Program-made: the position numbers and the translations under genes
Notes under the pieces: generated by a model
Seen by the model: the letters and a program-made list of their open reading frames with translations, nothing else
Told to the model about the DNA's origin: nothing
Database searches by the model: none
Shown here: positions 47,861 to 61,426 of the stretch, piece after piece
Position numbering within the stretch: the stretch's first letter is position 1
Layout: each line of letters opens with the position of its first letter
NCBI GenBank assembly: GCA_013265495.1
Contig: MU062119.1
Location: 744,001-808,000 of the forward strand
Direction of reading: 5' to 3'
DNA length: 64,000 bases
DNA from: Vicugna vicugna
Lineage: Eukaryota

Positions 47861-48852
47861 GAAATCCATTTTAGTGATGATAACACCAATAAGATTACAT
47901 TCTTTCCCTTCCCTCATCTCTCATACTCTGACCCATTTATGGGCTTGACGGAATGAAAAGAATTTGGATTGTTATATACCATGATCTGGAGCTAATTGCT
48001 CCAGAGTCAGAAAACTAGAGAATCATAGAATTGCAACTGCTATGCTGAAGACTAGCAAGGTTCACAAGGTGTAAACCTTTTTTGTTTCTTATCATCACTG
48101 AATGATTTTCTCTTCCCCTTTCAGGAGTAAGTAAAGCATAGGTTTCCATAGCTTCTGTTATTTTATTTGTTTTCAGTTATTCAAGGTATCTAGTAATTCC
48201 TCATTCCTACAGTTACTTACAATGTATTCCTCAGGACTTTCTGTTCAAATCCTTATTCTGCTACATACTGAGTAACTGGACAAAGTGATTCAACTTTCTA
48301 ACCCCCTAAAGGGGGTCATGATGTTGATTTTATTCATTAGAAGAGTTAAATAATTTATGAGTGCCTAGTCCTGTGCTTATCACGTAGTAGGAGCTCAGTA
48401 CATGATATTCATAATAACATTGTGTTATTAATAATATAAATAATAAAAAATTTTAAAGTATAATTTCACTGCACAGGTGAGCAGGGGAGACCCACTTATG
48501 GTAGCAGGATTGGCCTGGGCCAGGACTCACTGAGCTGTTGATCTATCCTGGCCATTGTTTCCTTGTACTTCTGTAACTGAGCTCACCAAGTCATCTTTCT
48601 ACGGGAGTGGCTCAAGATGGCAGCTCCAGGTGTAGCTGCAATTTGGCATAAATCTCTGTGCTGCCCTGTATTCAATCACACCCTCAGTCTCCCAGTTGCT
48701 GGAACCCTCCCCAGTGCTGATCCTTCCTCCCTGGCTTCCAGTGCTCAGGTCCTGGGTGTCTCTTGCAAGGAATTTTAATCCCTGCCTCCCTCACTGTCTT
48801 TCTAATCCACTGCGTATCCATAGGTAGCTAATAAGGATCATGCTTTCCTCCA

Positions 48853-49083
48853 GCAGTGGAAAGAGCACACACTTTGTAGTCTGAAAAACCTCAATCCAGA
48901 CTTGGCTCTGAATAAACAGCGTGGCCTTGGGCAAGTTGCTTCACTCCTCTGAGCTTCTGTTTCCTGAATTATAAGGTGGATATGAAATATGCATTTCAAG
49001 AATTGTTGTGGTTGAGGGAGATGATGCGTGTAAAGCATTTCATACAGTGTGGGTACAGAGTAGAGGCTCAAAAAGTGAGTTTG
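48853..49083 (+). mobile_element. MIR, near full length
   Basis: AGTGGAAAGAGCAC...GTGGCCTTGGGCAAGTTGCTTCACTCCTCTGAGCTTCTGTTTCC...GTGTAAAGCA. Confidence 0.85.
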
Positions 49084-50099
49084 TTTTTTTGTTTTTGCTT
49101 TTCTTACATACTTTTCTGATAACTTCCCTCCTGACTAATGGGAAAAAAATGGGTATGGATTTGTTCTCTTGGCGTTGTAGGGAGAAAATGGTAATCTCTG
49201 TATGTATTTTGGTCTTCCATCAGCTCATTTGCTAGTTTCTCTGGGTCCTAGCACCTCCCTAGAGATCACAGATCTGAGGTTTGCACATCCCACACCATCT
49301 CCTTAAGGCGTGGAATCTGCTGTATGAGACTGAGCACTCAGGCAAACTTGATTTACTCAATAAATTTTAAAGACAAGTAAACCAAGCCATAGAAAACCAA
49401 AAACTGCGGGTAGAACCTAGAACTTGAACAAGATTGGCCTTTGAAAGGCACTTTGGTCTAGGGTGTAGAATGTTTCAAGGAGTGAGGTTTAAATGTCAAC
49501 CCATGTAACCTGTCAGAACCAGCAGTGGTAGCGGTAGCACTGAGGTTACTCCTTCCTTCCTCCCCCTTTCAAGGGAGCAGGTAGACAAGGGGGTGGGATT
49601 AAGTATTGACATAGAAGAGACAGAGCATGCCTACGGTCTTAGAGGAGAAGGGGAGGAGGTTTGGTCTTAATTCATTTCTGTCTTCCAACCAGCCCCACAG
49701 GCCTTGGAAAGAAGCAATAACAGAAGGAGACCCTGGAAACAGCTAGAAAGACAGCAGGCTGTAGGAACTGAATAGAGATAGGGGTCAAGTCTAAGGGTGG
49801 GATGGCCAAGAACAGCCCAGAAGGAACCACACATGGGACTTACGCCCTGACCACAACCGCAAGGGGACATGGAGGCTCTCCTCTGTGTTTTCCCCATCAC
49901 CGGTTGTAACATATTTGTACACATATTGTTTTACAGTCACAGCAATTCTGAAGTTCACATGCAATTATTTTTGCAGGTCGTTGACTATTCACAGGACTTA
50001 GAAATGAAGGGTGGAAGGAGAGTGGAACTGAAGAAGTACATTTACAGGTGACTGAATTGAGATGGTTCCACCAGAAGCCCATTCGCCACTGGTAGTTAG

Positions 50100-50350
50100 G
50101 TTAGGTGCCAAATAATGGAAAACTAAGAACAGATACTGGGTACTATATTCCAGGTATGTTCTCAGGAGCTTTATAAACGTTGTTAAATAAGCCTCATAGT
50201 AACTACGTGTCATAGGTATCATTATTCCACTTTGCAGAAATGGAGCTCCTAAGATAACTGACTTGAGTGTAGTCATACTCCTAGCAAATGGTCCCAACTG
50301 TGGTCTGATTCCAAAACCATTGTCCTTTTTCTCTCATCGTACTGCATTTG
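50100..50350 (-). mobile_element. MIR
   Basis: CATTATTCCACTTTGCAGAAATGGAGCTC...GTCTGATTCCAAAACC. Confidence 0.6.
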
Positions 50351-51479
50351 GAGCCCAATCTTTAGGGATATGAGACCCTTTGGCTATCAGATAGTGACAG
50401 TTAATCTGGTATGCTTCCTTGGAAGTTATTTCAGAGATGATGCCAGATGTTTCGAGTCAATGGAACCCCTGCCTTCTATCGTGTAGCTGCTCCCTCTCTC
50501 TTTCTTTCTTTCTCATCTTCTCTTCCTTCCCCCACTTTTTTGCCCATGTGAATTTCAAGGAAAATGAAATCCGTATGTTTTTGATTCATTTGCACTTAAA
50601 TCATCAAAATATGGTTTTGAGAGAGAGTGGATTTGCAGAGAAGTGAATTTTAAAGTCCTCTCTCCCTGGAAAACAGGACGTCTCGTTCTGGCCAAAATCA
50701 TAAAAACTTCAAACTTCAAGTGTGAGGGTTCAGCTTAACACAGAGAAATAATGTGATTTGAGGGAGCTGTAATTTTAGAATAACACTTTGCTGCAAGCCA
50801 AGTATGAGAGGATATAAGCACACATTAGCTCTATCAGATGAAGACTTGTAGGTGCCCAGTTAAGTAAATGTCTTCTATTGCTATCATCATCACCATAAAA
50901 GACATTGACATTGTGGGCAAAATAACACTCATATTTTAGGATTGGAAGAGATGCCAGAAGTCACATCACTCAATACCCTCAGTTTATGGATGAGGAAACT
51001 CGGGCCTAGCAAGATCTGCGGGTGTACCCAAGGTCACAGATCCGGACTTAACCCCCTGGGTCCTGGACTCCAAGTTCATCACTCTTTTTCTTGGCTTACT
51101 GTAAAAAGAAAAAATACATATGACATTCCATTACTTTTACTAAAAATCTTTCCAAAATATAGATCATCTTTGATTCCGAGCTGCACTAAAAAATCAAAAA
51201 ATAAATAGGATTTCCTGTCTCTATGGCAAAAAAGAAGTCTCAGTTTGTATATCAGCATGAAAAACGACGGTAATTCACTTGAGAAGACGACTCGTGAACC
51301 TCACTCACAAATGATGTACATCATAGGTGGTAGTAAATGTTCCTTTACACATAAAAGGTAGGAAGCTAATTAAATAAAAATAGCCAATCTGTGCCAGTCA
51401 CCTTACATAGTTCTCAGTAATGATAACAATATTAATAGCTGATAATTCAGAGGTATTATGCATTATTTATGAGTAAAGA

Positions 51480-51650
51480 TTTTGAGGTCAGTGCCAGAAC
51501 TGACTATGTAAGCTAACTATGTAATCCCTGGCAAAGATGAATTACGTTATCCTAGGCAAGTTAAGCCTCAGTGTAAACATCTCTAAAATGGGATTAATAG
51601 CAATACTCATCTCATGGGCTGTTGTGAAGATGAAAGAACGCATATAGGCA
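51480..51650 (+). mobile_element. MIR, followed by two antisense MIRs to about 52100
   Basis: AAGCCTCAGTGTAAACATCTCTAAAATGGGATTAATAGCAATACTCATCTCATGGGCTGTTGTGAAGAT. Confidence 0.75.
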
Positions 51651-52698
51651 TGTGTCTCATATGTGAAAGACAGGACATACTGATTTTGATAGTGTTACAT
51701 GCTCACGAGATACCAAATGCCTTGCTAAGCAATTTACAACAGTTAGTTATCTTTATCTTTACAAAAACACTATCAAGTAGACATTATTATTATCCTCATT
51801 TTATATTTGAAGAGACCATGTTTTAGAGCAATGAGTAAGGGGGAGAACAAGGGGTCCAACCAAAACCTGACTTGATAGCACATCTCTTTAACCATACTGT
51901 ACTTTTTCTTTAATAAATTAGATAATTTCATTAGGGTGTCACAATTCCCTTATGATAGAGGTACTAGTATCTCTGTCTTATAGATGAAAAAACCTTCAGC
52001 TTAAAGCGTGTAATATGTTGACCAAGCTCACAAAGTTATGAAGCAACAAAGTGAAAATTAGTATCTTGTTTTCAGATTCCAAGTTCTGTGCTCATTCCAG
52101 TGTGTCCTGCGGTCTCTTAGGGAAAGTTTGGTCAAAACATAGAGTCCTGGAAAGACTGATAAGAAATATTCCAGACATTGGTTGGGGATTAGAAGCTGGA
52201 TACCTCACTGGCTAGCATGAACCCAAGTCTGCTGTGCTTAGGTCTTCTGTCCTCCTGCTGAGCTGTGCAGCTGTCAACCGCCATCCAGTCTTTCCACCTG
52301 AACTATGAGGTTTTTAGAGTTCCAACATTTTAGCTACACTTGATCATATTTGCTACATTTGATCTTTCCAAGCACATCGGAGTAGCTTCTGTATTCCAGC
52401 CATCTTGTCTAGACCAGGTCTGATGGGAAGTGCTAATGAATCAAAAACAGACGGATTTCATTTTCCTTGAAATTCACTATGATTCTTTCACTTACAGGAA
52501 TTGTGAGAACACTGTCTTTGCCATCACTTTCATTCTTGCTTCTTGGATTCATTATGACTAGGAGTTAGAGAAGGGAAGGAATGGGTCTTTATTTTGTTGA
52601 ATAGTTTTACTGAATCAGTATCTACTGTGTCAGGCCAATGCTAAGGACTAGGGATGCAGAGATAAATAAATGCAAGTTCTTTTGTCTTCTTTCATCTC

Positions 52699-53300
52699 TG
52701 TCTTAATCAGAGCCCAATCAGAAAAACAGAAGACAGACAGGAAGTTTAATGTGGGGGATTTAACATGGTGAACCGGTGACAAACTTGTTAGAAGAGCTGA
52801 AAGGTCAAATGGAGAATGTGAGGCAACCTAGAGATTAGAAACTTAAGAGAAAGTTGGGGGTTGCGGGTGGGTGTAGCTCAAGTGGTAGAGTGCATGCTTA
52901 GCATGCACAAGGTCCTGGGCTCAATCCCCAGCACCTCCATTAAATACTAAATAAATAAAAATAAATAAAAGAGAAAGCTGCTCCCACCCCAGGGCTGTAA
53001 GGACCAAAGGAAATGACATTGAATGACACTGTTACCCAGGAATGAGGAATACCCATTGGGAATGGGACTATATAGAGAGGGTGCTGTGACAATAAAGGAG
53101 AGGCAGACACTACTGGGGACACCTCTGGAACAGAAAGAAGGAGCAGGAATACCCCAGTATCTTCCCTCCTGCCACCCTCCAGCCTTCCACCAGGGCCTCC
53201 CACTGCCAAACTGAACTGAAGCCATGGCATGGGTGCCTGGGAACCAGAGTTTCCCTGGACTTCAAGGCCCAGCAAGGTGGGGGAGTGGATAACACAACTC
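52699..53300 (-). mobile_element. ERVL LTR of the LTR33/LTR67-related group, split by a Vic-1 SINE
   Basis: TGTCTTAATCAGAGCCCAATCAGAAAAACAGAA...GTGAGGCAACCTAGAGATTAG...CCCTCCTGCCACCCTCCAG...CCTCCCACTGCCAAACTGAACTGAAGCCA. Confidence 0.7.
52857..52968 (+). mobile_element. Vic-1-type SINE, A-rich tail form, inserted in an ERVL LTR
   Basis: GTGTAGCTCAAGTGGTAGAGTGCATGCTTAGCATGCACAAGGTCCTGGGCTCAATCCCCAGCACCTCCA + (TAAA)n; TSD AAGAGAAAGTTG (52845-52856) / AAGAGAAAGCTG (52969-52980), preceded by TT as expected for L1 endonuclease sites. Confidence 0.93.
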
Positions 53301-54102
53301 TTAAACTTCTCATTTCTCTTGTCTCCACCTCTGCCACCTTCCATCCCTCTGCGTTCAAATCACAGGACATTAAAGCAAATGATAGGTAAAAAAGTTTGTC
53401 TCAGCTCTGACTGTAATCATTCAACTGTCTTGAAAATCAAATCTGAATGCCTTACCCTATACACACAGCCCTATTTGATCTGAATTCTTCCTGCTGTTTC
53501 TATCTCATTTTTTACCAATTCCCTAATACCAACTGGCTCCTATGAATCTACATACATTTCCTTTCCTCTTGTGTCTTTTCCTTTGGCCAGCTTATTGTCT
53601 ATAAATGTCTGGATTTTCCTCTTTACATGATGTTGTTTATTCAGTAGACATTTCCTCATGTTCTCTCATGTGTCAGAATCTGTGTGGAAAACGGGTAAGA
53701 CATGATCCTTGCTCTCCGAGTGATTCTGGTGTCTTCTTCCCTCATGGAGGACAAGATCTGGGTAAGACAGGACATTTACACAAAGCAGACAGAGGAGAGC
53801 ACAGCTCAGGTCTCGGGGCTGTTTCAAAGGTTAAACTAGGGAAGTCAGGTCCAATGATCAGTTTCAAAAGGTAAATACAGATCAGAAATTAGAGATAAAA
53901 CTGCCAATAAGAAGATAGTTCATCATTAGATGAAACCAAAGCAAGGGAGTTGAAAGCCCTTGTAATAAGTAGCCTGAAAATAGTTTAAGCTCATCTCCAT
54001 TGATCCAGCTACATGATGAGCTGGTCTATTTCAGAGACCTAATATTGGCCTCACCATTTATAGAATGGTGGAGATTGTCTGAGCATGTGTATTCCTTAAG
54101 CC

Positions 54103-54310
54103 CAGGGTTGGCCAACTTTTTCTAAAAGGGACAGATAGTAAATGTTGTAGGCTTTGCTGGAAACATGGTCTCTGATACAACTACTCAACCCGGCCATTGC
54201 AAAAGTAGACATAGATGGTCTCTAAACAAATGGTCATAAGTGGGTTTCATTAAAACTGTGTCTACAAAAACAGGTGTTAGCCTGTGGGTCAATTTCTGCT
54301 AAGCCACCTG
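54103..54310 (+). mobile_element. MER58A
   Basis: CAGGGTTGGCCAACTTTTTCTAAAAGGGACAGATAGTAAATGTTGTAGGCTTTGC...CAACTACTCAAC...TAAAACTGTGTCTACAAAAACAGG. Confidence 0.85.
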
Positions 54311-55109
54311 ATCTGTCTCCATGTCTCATAACTGGCACTACGTAGGTGAGCCTCTGGCAGTCATATAACACCCTCAGACTTAATCTCGAGGCCTTGCCTC
54401 CATTCATCTTGCACCATGTTTCCCAACGTGTTTCCTGATCATCTTCACTTCTTACCTCACCATCAGTTTTTTTTTAAGTTAATTGTTTTGCTAAATTCCT
54501 TGGAGCTGGTATTCAACAGTGCTTCTCCAGTGTTGACTTCCTTCTTCCTATGTTGGAAATTCCTCCACCATTAACTCTAGCTATATTTATTGAACCTGTA
54601 TTAAGCATCTGGAATTAAACCAGGTACTTTATGTTTATTTAATCTATGTTGAATAAATTGATGTTCTCATTAACTCTGTGAGATAACTGTTCCTACTTCA
54701 ATTCAGCAAATGTTGAACTGGGAGCTGAGAAATTATATACTTTATCCAAGGATACAGCCAATGGATGGAATAGTTGGAGTTTAGACCATGTTTATTTAAA
54801 TACAAGGTACAATTTTTTTCTCTCACTGTACTATCAGATTGAATCTTAAGTTTTTATGGGAGCATAAGTTGGCAGTGGGACTCACAAGGTTCCTTTGCAA
54901 AAATCAGCAGTGGTCTATAGAGAAAGAGATCTTGTTGTAAATGAGATAGCAGTGAGCTGGGAGCCATGTCCCGTGGGGACGGTCCTGGCCCAGTCTGAAC
55001 TGGCTGTGTGGCACTGGCTTCTCCAGGACTCCACCTTGAGCCCCTGGGTCCTCTGCTATCCATCCTTCTTGTCTTATGCTTGAATAATAAATTTGCTTCA
55101 ATATTCATA

Positions 55110-55560
55110 TTTCTACTACTGTGTTTTGAAAATTTACAAAACAATTCATTTAATAGTTATCCTTAGGATTTTAACAAATGTGCCTAAATTTTCTAATAAA
55201 ATCTAAAGTTAACCAGTGACTATATCCTGTTCTCAAAAGGGGTACATCTGAACATGTTTTAATATTTCTCTGCCCAATACCCTACCCAAACCACCATGAT
55301 ATTGTTGCCTAATTTTAAAGTTCCAGCTTATTTTAAGCACTTGTATGAATAGTCATTCTTATTGTTCTTTTTCATATTATATTCAATACTTAGTTACTTA
55401 TTTAGATTTACCAATTAGTCTGCCATTTTACTTATACTTCTTATATCTACTCCTATCTAATAGTTTCGTTCTGTTTTGTTTTGTTTTTCCAGCAAAGCTC
55501 CATAGACAGTAAAGTAGGTGTGAAGTGGTGGTATCTTGGTGATTACTTTGTTTGTTTTTA
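55110..55560 (-). mobile_element. old L1M (L1ME-like) fragment
   Basis: AAATCTAAAGTTAACCAGT...ATATTGTTGCC...TTAGATTTACC pattern of antisense old L1. Confidence 0.55.
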
Positions 55561-56136
55561 TTTTTGCTTTAAAAAAATCTCCCTTTTTCTTATTGTTGCC
55601 ATTGTTTTCCTTTAATTCTTTGAACATTTATGCATGTTAAATTTCTTTTCAGGTTACAATGTTACCTTTAGTCCTCATATAAGTGTCCCTATTTTGGAGG
55701 GACTTACGTGCATTGATTTATTATGCATTTCAATATATATACATGTTATATACATAATGTTTGTATGTGATATATTACATGTATATGTGTAATATATATG
55801 TAATGTTTTGGAATTTTGTTCTGTGAGTTCATCTTCTGTGTGAGTTATCATACGCAGGGTTGTTCTCCCACATTTGCACTGGGCTGTGAACGTCCCATCT
55901 GGGTTGTCACCTTAGTATCATTCCTGCTGTTTCTACATTCTTCACTGCACCTAAGAGTGAAATGTGAGAACTGCAATTCCCAGACTCCTTGGGGTAGATT
56001 TTGACAATGAGAAACACATAAGATTTAGAAAATGGGGAAGCTGCTCTCTGGCCACAGCCACTGCGGGAATACGCAGGAACATTGACAGACAGCAAAGGTG
56101 GGGTTTTGCCAAGTGACTTCTAGATAGCCTCATGAA

Positions 56137-56335
56137 CAGGGGCTCAGCAAACTTCTTCTGTAGAAGACTAGGAATAAATATTTCAACCTTTGCAGGCTAT
56201 ATAAGGTCTCTATTATATATTCCTTCTTCTTTTTTACTTTCTATATAAATATTAAAAAAATTTCTTAGGTAGCCAGCTGACAATAACAGGCTGTGATCCA
56301 GGTTTGGCCCACAGGCCATGGTTTTCTGACTCTTG
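56137..56335 (+). mobile_element. MER58C-like
   Basis: CAGGGGCTCAGCAAACTTCTTCTGTAGAAG...TAAATATTT...TTCTTAG...GGTTTGGCCCACAGGCCATGGTTTTCTGAC. Confidence 0.8.
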
Positions 56336-57612
56336 CTCTGGTGAATCTTCCATTTCAAGCAACTGAGATCACTGGTGGCACTCTGCCCGCCATTTCCTGT
56401 ACTTCCAGATCCTAACAGCCAGCAATGACCTTCCTGATCTTGTTCTCCAAGTCCTTCCAAATGCTGTATATAAGGTTATCAATTCCCTAAAGTAGGTTCT
56501 GATTTTCTGACCAAATTCAACAAGGCACTTCAATGTTTGTCCTTGACCAGATGCTATAGAGTTTATTCCATCTAAATTGTTTTCCATGTTAGTTTCTAGG
56601 ATTTTGGTTTCCCACACTGATAAGAAAAGTCAAATTTGTTCCCAGTAAGACAGAATTTTAGAATTCCTATCTCATGCTATATTCCACCCTCAGAAAGGGT
56701 ACATAGGCTGGCTATTGGCTATGGCCTAGTGCTACTTGTTGGAGATTTTCAGATCCTCTTTTGTGGACAAAAAAAAAAACCCTATTCTAACTCCTAGGTC
56801 CATGTAGGGGTCCTGGCTGTAGAGTCCTAGAGTGCTGACCCAACCCCTTCCCAACATGAACATTGAAACTTCAGTTCCTGAAACTTGTGTTGGACCTAAT
56901 TCCCTCGGGAGCAATTTATCCTCACCTTCCACTCACCACTGGGGTTCCCTCTAAATTTCTGGCAGAGGGAGATTTCCCTTCCTTGCTTTGTAGTTGGTTT
57001 ATGTATTTTTATAAATGTTTCATCCAGAATTTCTATGAGTTTGAACTGTGGAAGGGGTTATTTTCACATGTACTTAATCTACCCTCTTGACCTGGAAGTC
57101 CAGTGTTCCCATCTGTGAAGTAAGAGGGTTGTGTTTAATGATTCCCAGAGACCCTTCAAGCACTCTGCTGTTCTAAGTTGCTACATCTAGGCACATTGTG
57201 TTTATATATAAATATTGCTGCCAACACTCAGACACATGTGCTAGCCTGATGGTTATTTATCATTCAAGGAAGACCGTTTGTGGGAGGTTAAGCCAGCACA
57301 CATTTAATATTTGGCAATGGAAAGGAAAAAAAATGTGGCCAATATGTTGCACGCAGTGATTAAATTCATCACGTTAACCAATCCTAGTGAATCCAAAATC
57401 CACTCTGCATCAGCTATTGTTTACAACAGTACCATTCATTTGGGGAAAGCAAAGAAGTATTAAATAGCACAAGACAAACTACACTTGATACCTGGATTAT
57501 ATGCTTCCCATGTGTAGCAGCCTGTAAGGATGTGGATTAGAGGCCATCTATAGCAGAAATCCTTAGATTCCACACATTACTCATCCTTTCAATTGGAAAG
57601 TTAATCTTTAAT

Positions 57613-58395
57613 TTCACTCATTCATTCACCATATATTAACCAAACACTCACCATGTGCCGCTCATTGGGCGTGGTGGTGGGGAGAGTGGAGCGCTCAGGC
57701 AAGTCAGCGGTCCAGGCCTCACAGGGCATGGGGTCTTCAGGGGAAGATAGGTGCGGGACATATGTTACCAGCTTGTCAAATGAGATTAAAGATTAAACAA
57801 AGGGACCCACGACAGTGACTCAAAGAGGGAGCTTCACTGATCTAGAAGGTCCTGGAAGGTTCACTTGCACAAGTGAAGTTCAGGCTGAGATCTGAAGTCT
57901 GAGTGTTAGCCAGGCAAAGATGTCCCCAGGCATGATGGAGGGTTGGGTGGCAACTTGGAGAGCAGGAGGAAAAGAGGGCTGAATGGGGAACAGAGGGAAC
58001 ATCTCTGTTAGTGAGCCATCGATGAGTCTTAAGTAGTAAGTGATACAGTCAGATAAAGAGACCCCTCTAGAGTCAGAGTCGAGTGCGGGGATGGGCGTTA
58101 AATCAGAAGGCTTCCGTGGCGGTCCAGGTAGTGGCTGATGATGTCGTGATGAAGGATAGTGGCAGTGGGGAGGGAAAGAAGTAGGTAGATTTTTAGGAAG
58201 TAGCATGCACAAAACTCGGAGCTTGATTAAATGTGGGGGTTTGAAAGAAAGTGAAGACTTCCAGTTTCTGGTTTGAGTCACTGTGTAGCTGGGAAAGGGA
58301 TGCTGAGGGAGAGAGAGGGAAAGAAGAGGGGATGGGGGAGAGTTGAGGAGAGGGGAAGAGAAAGATCAGGGTTCAGCTATGGACATGTCAATTCT
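57613..58395 (-). mobile_element. long L2 fragment
   Basis: TCATTCATTCACC...CACTCACCATGTGCC...GCTGAGATCTGAAG...GTGGCAGTGGGGAGGGAAAGAAG...GATTAAATGTGGGG...CCAGTTTCTGGTTTGAG...TTCAGCTATGGACATGT. Confidence 0.85.
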
Positions 58396-58409
58396 GGAGA
58401 AGACACAAG

Positions 58410-58600
58410 TGCTAGAATTGGAACAACATGGTTCTAAAAGTAGGTCTGCCACTTCCCTGCTATGTACATATAGAAAAATTATTTAAAATTTCTAAGCCTT
58501 AATTCCCTCACGTATAAAATGAAGATGATACCAGTTTTCAGTGTATTTATAAGGCTCGTGAAGACAAAATGCACAATGACTGCCATAGACTAGATCGATA
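58410..58600 (+). mobile_element. MIR
   Basis: TCTGCCACTTCCCTGCTATGT...TAAGCCTTAATTCCCTCACGTATAAAATGAAGATGATA. Confidence 0.75.
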
Positions 58601-59351
58601 AGTGAGATTTCTCACCTATCCCCTGCCTAGTCAGTCTTATCTGTCGAGTTTCTGGTTGAGGGAGCGGTGTTCAGTGACAAGCATCCAGCCTGGGGGTCAG
58701 AAGACTTAGAGCTATGCTTCTCAGTAAGTTGCTGTGTGGCATTGGGTGAGTGACTGCCCCTCTCTGTGTCTCAGTGTCTTCTATTTGCTGAGGGACTCAG
58801 ACTGGATGAATTCTAAAGCCTCTGCCAGTTTAACAAGTCAATGATACTGCAGCCAGAACATTTACAGATCTCAGGATATCTCCCAATGTCATACTAACAC
58901 TGAAGAAATATCTCATGGGCACAGGATTGTGGGGGAGGGCAGATGTATAGAGAAGTTTCCTATTTCAGTTTCATTCAAAGCAACATGAATCATCTTCTCA
59001 GCAAGCAGCCTTCCTTTACTGACAGCGGTGACACGCCAATTGCCTTGATGTGCTCACACTTCACTCTTCTTGTCAGATCTTAATGGTGAGAGAGAAGCGT
59101 ATTGGTTTCTTACAACCAAGAGCTCTGTGGAATGAGAGTGCCTGGAAGAGAAACATACATGAAAACGGAGAATGCCACAAAGCTGTATTTTCACGACAGT
59201 GCAGAGAAGCAAGAATCTGTTTTTCATTATAAATGAGAATGTTTTCCTAGATGGTGTCGGCAGCCGTAAGGGTAGTCTTCTGGGATGAGGGGATTGATGT
59301 CTCCAACGTACACTGTTCTGGTTAGACCACAACTCGGGATCCTGTTTGAGA

Positions 59352-59578
59352 GCTGTCATGTTCAAAACCTCAGGCCCTGGACTCAGACAGTCCTGGGTTC
59401 AAAATATGACACGACTATTTTCTAAAGCTGTGCGATCCTGGAAAAGTAATATAACTAGTTTAAGCCTCAGCTTTGTCACCTTAAAATAGGGATAATAATT
59501 GTGGTATCATCCCCAGAGGTTTCTCGTGAGAATCAAATAAGAGTGTAAGTAAAAGGATTAGCATGCTGCCCGGTAAAT
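59352..59578 (+). mobile_element. MIR
   Basis: CTGGACTCAGACAGTCCTGGGTTCAAA...AAGCCTCAGCTTTGTCACCTTAAAATAGGGATAATAA. Confidence 0.85.
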
Positions 59579-59734
59579 CATGCAGCTGCTGCTGCTGGCT
59601 GACTTCAGACCCATAAAAGCTTCAAGACCACGTCCCTTGTGGAATCACTATGTTAACCGAAGGTGCTTGCTGAGAGAACAGAATCTTTGGAACTTATGAT
59701 CATAGGTTTTAAAAACTAAAGGGCAATACTGAGG

Positions 59735-59825
59735 AGGAAATAGATTTGTAGATGGGGTTCGTCCACCCACTGCAGAGCTGGGTTATATGGCTTTTAATGC
59801 CCCTTTCCAGTCTGAGATTCTGGGA
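59735..59825 (+). mobile_element. L3/MIR3 3'-end fragment
   Basis: TTGTAGATGGGGTTC...CCCTTTCCAGTCTGAGATTCTGGGA. Confidence 0.5.
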
Positions 59826-61426
59826 CTCAATGGAGAGTCTAGAAATTTATTTGCTCTTCCATTTACTTGATGTTTGATGAGTACATACTATCTTTGTCAG
59901 GTGCATAAGGAGACAGAAACAAACAAGATATGCTCTTGACCTTCAAGGAGCTCACAGTCTAATCTGCTATCAGAAAAATCACAAGGCAGAGTCAAGACGC
60001 CTGGTTTCTATGATCAAATCCGTACTCGAGCATTAATTTTTTTATGCAAGTCGTTTGTCTTCCTTATACCTTCATTTTTCCCCTCTATAAAGTGAGTTTC
60101 ATGTTAGCCCTAAAAATTTAGTTATTTTGACAATCAAATGAAGTCATAGATGTGGGGTTCACATCAAAGTTTGGTGGAATAAGCAAGTGTTAGGTGATGA
60201 GTGAGACTTTTCTTGATTTTCACAGAATTACTGCTAAGACCCAAAGATGAGAACAAAGAGCTTTCCAGTATCCCACATTCACATGTGAGATAGAAAAGTG
60301 CCAGCATTTGGGAGACAGTGCCCTCCCAAGAAGGCTTGCTGAGAACACACTCATCTCCTTTCTAATTTCATAGGCAGGGAGGACTGGCACAGAGGAGGGG
60401 CATTCCAGCTTAGGTAAGGGCTCATCGTTTGCCTTCACTTCTCCAGGTGTTTCCCCTTCCTGGGGCACAGGGGAAAAAGACCCATGAAAAGTGCTGATAA
60501 AGACTGAGGATGCTCAAATGGTGTGCCCTCCACTAAGCTGGAGATGGCTCCTCTTGGAGTTGCTTAGACAACGAATCAGCAGAATGCCCATCACAGGCAG
60601 GGTATGAGACAGACAGGAGAGAGATGGTGGAGCTGAATGCCAAAGGGCAATCAGCAAGGACTTGGGGATTTTTCTTCATCAGGGAGTGGCTGGACTTGAG
60701 TGATTTTGCTGGCATCCTTGTGACAGGATCCTTAGTAAGTGGGGTATACCAGAAGCAAGAGAATGTGGCTGGATGCCCTTGATGGAGTACTGAATGGGAG
60801 GAGAAGAGGTCAAATGCAAACCAATAATTTCCAGTAGAGATGATGATTGGAGTGCTCTCTGCATCAAAGGAAAGCCAATGGCCAGTCATCAGTAGAGAAA
60901 CACCACAATCCATCTAAGAGAATCCAGCCACCTCCCCTAGCACCGTCACTTAAGAGGGGGCAATGTGTCTTTCCTTCTTCTCCCACCTCACCCACCAATA
61001 GCATGTAGGAATCACAGGGGTAAAGCAGGTGAGTGATGTATATGAGACCTGATCATGAGCCCTGTTCTCAAGGACGAGAGCCTCTAGCCAAACCCGCGTG
61101 GGGTGAGGAGGAAGGATGACAGCAAGTATGAGACTGAAGCTTTAAAGTGAATGGCATTATCTTAGAAAATGGAATAAGATTTTCTTAGTAACCAAGAGTA
61201 ACTGAAAGCTCTGGAGTCTCATTGAGGTGTGATGTAGGGAACTTGCATCCTGCTCTAAAAGGGGGATTTAATAGAATATAGTTGATAAATGTTAGAATAA
61301 GAATAAAACTGTTCCATGTTTGTTCTTCAACACATGGAGACATCTCGCTAAAGCTGGTGTACTGAGAAAAGCTTAACAAATGGAAAAGGTCATTACATGC
61401 TCCCTGTTGCTCAGCACATTGATCTC

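Noticed and set aside
22504-52939. Calling the SINE heads at 22.5, 36.5 and 52.9 kb real tRNA-Ala genes
   Set aside because: Broken acceptor/anticodon stems or insertions, plus poly(A)-type tails and TSDs, identify retroposed SINEs
61002-61028. 27-nt exon as a collagen Gly-X-Y exon
   Set aside because: Does not start with Gly and the third triplet lacks Gly
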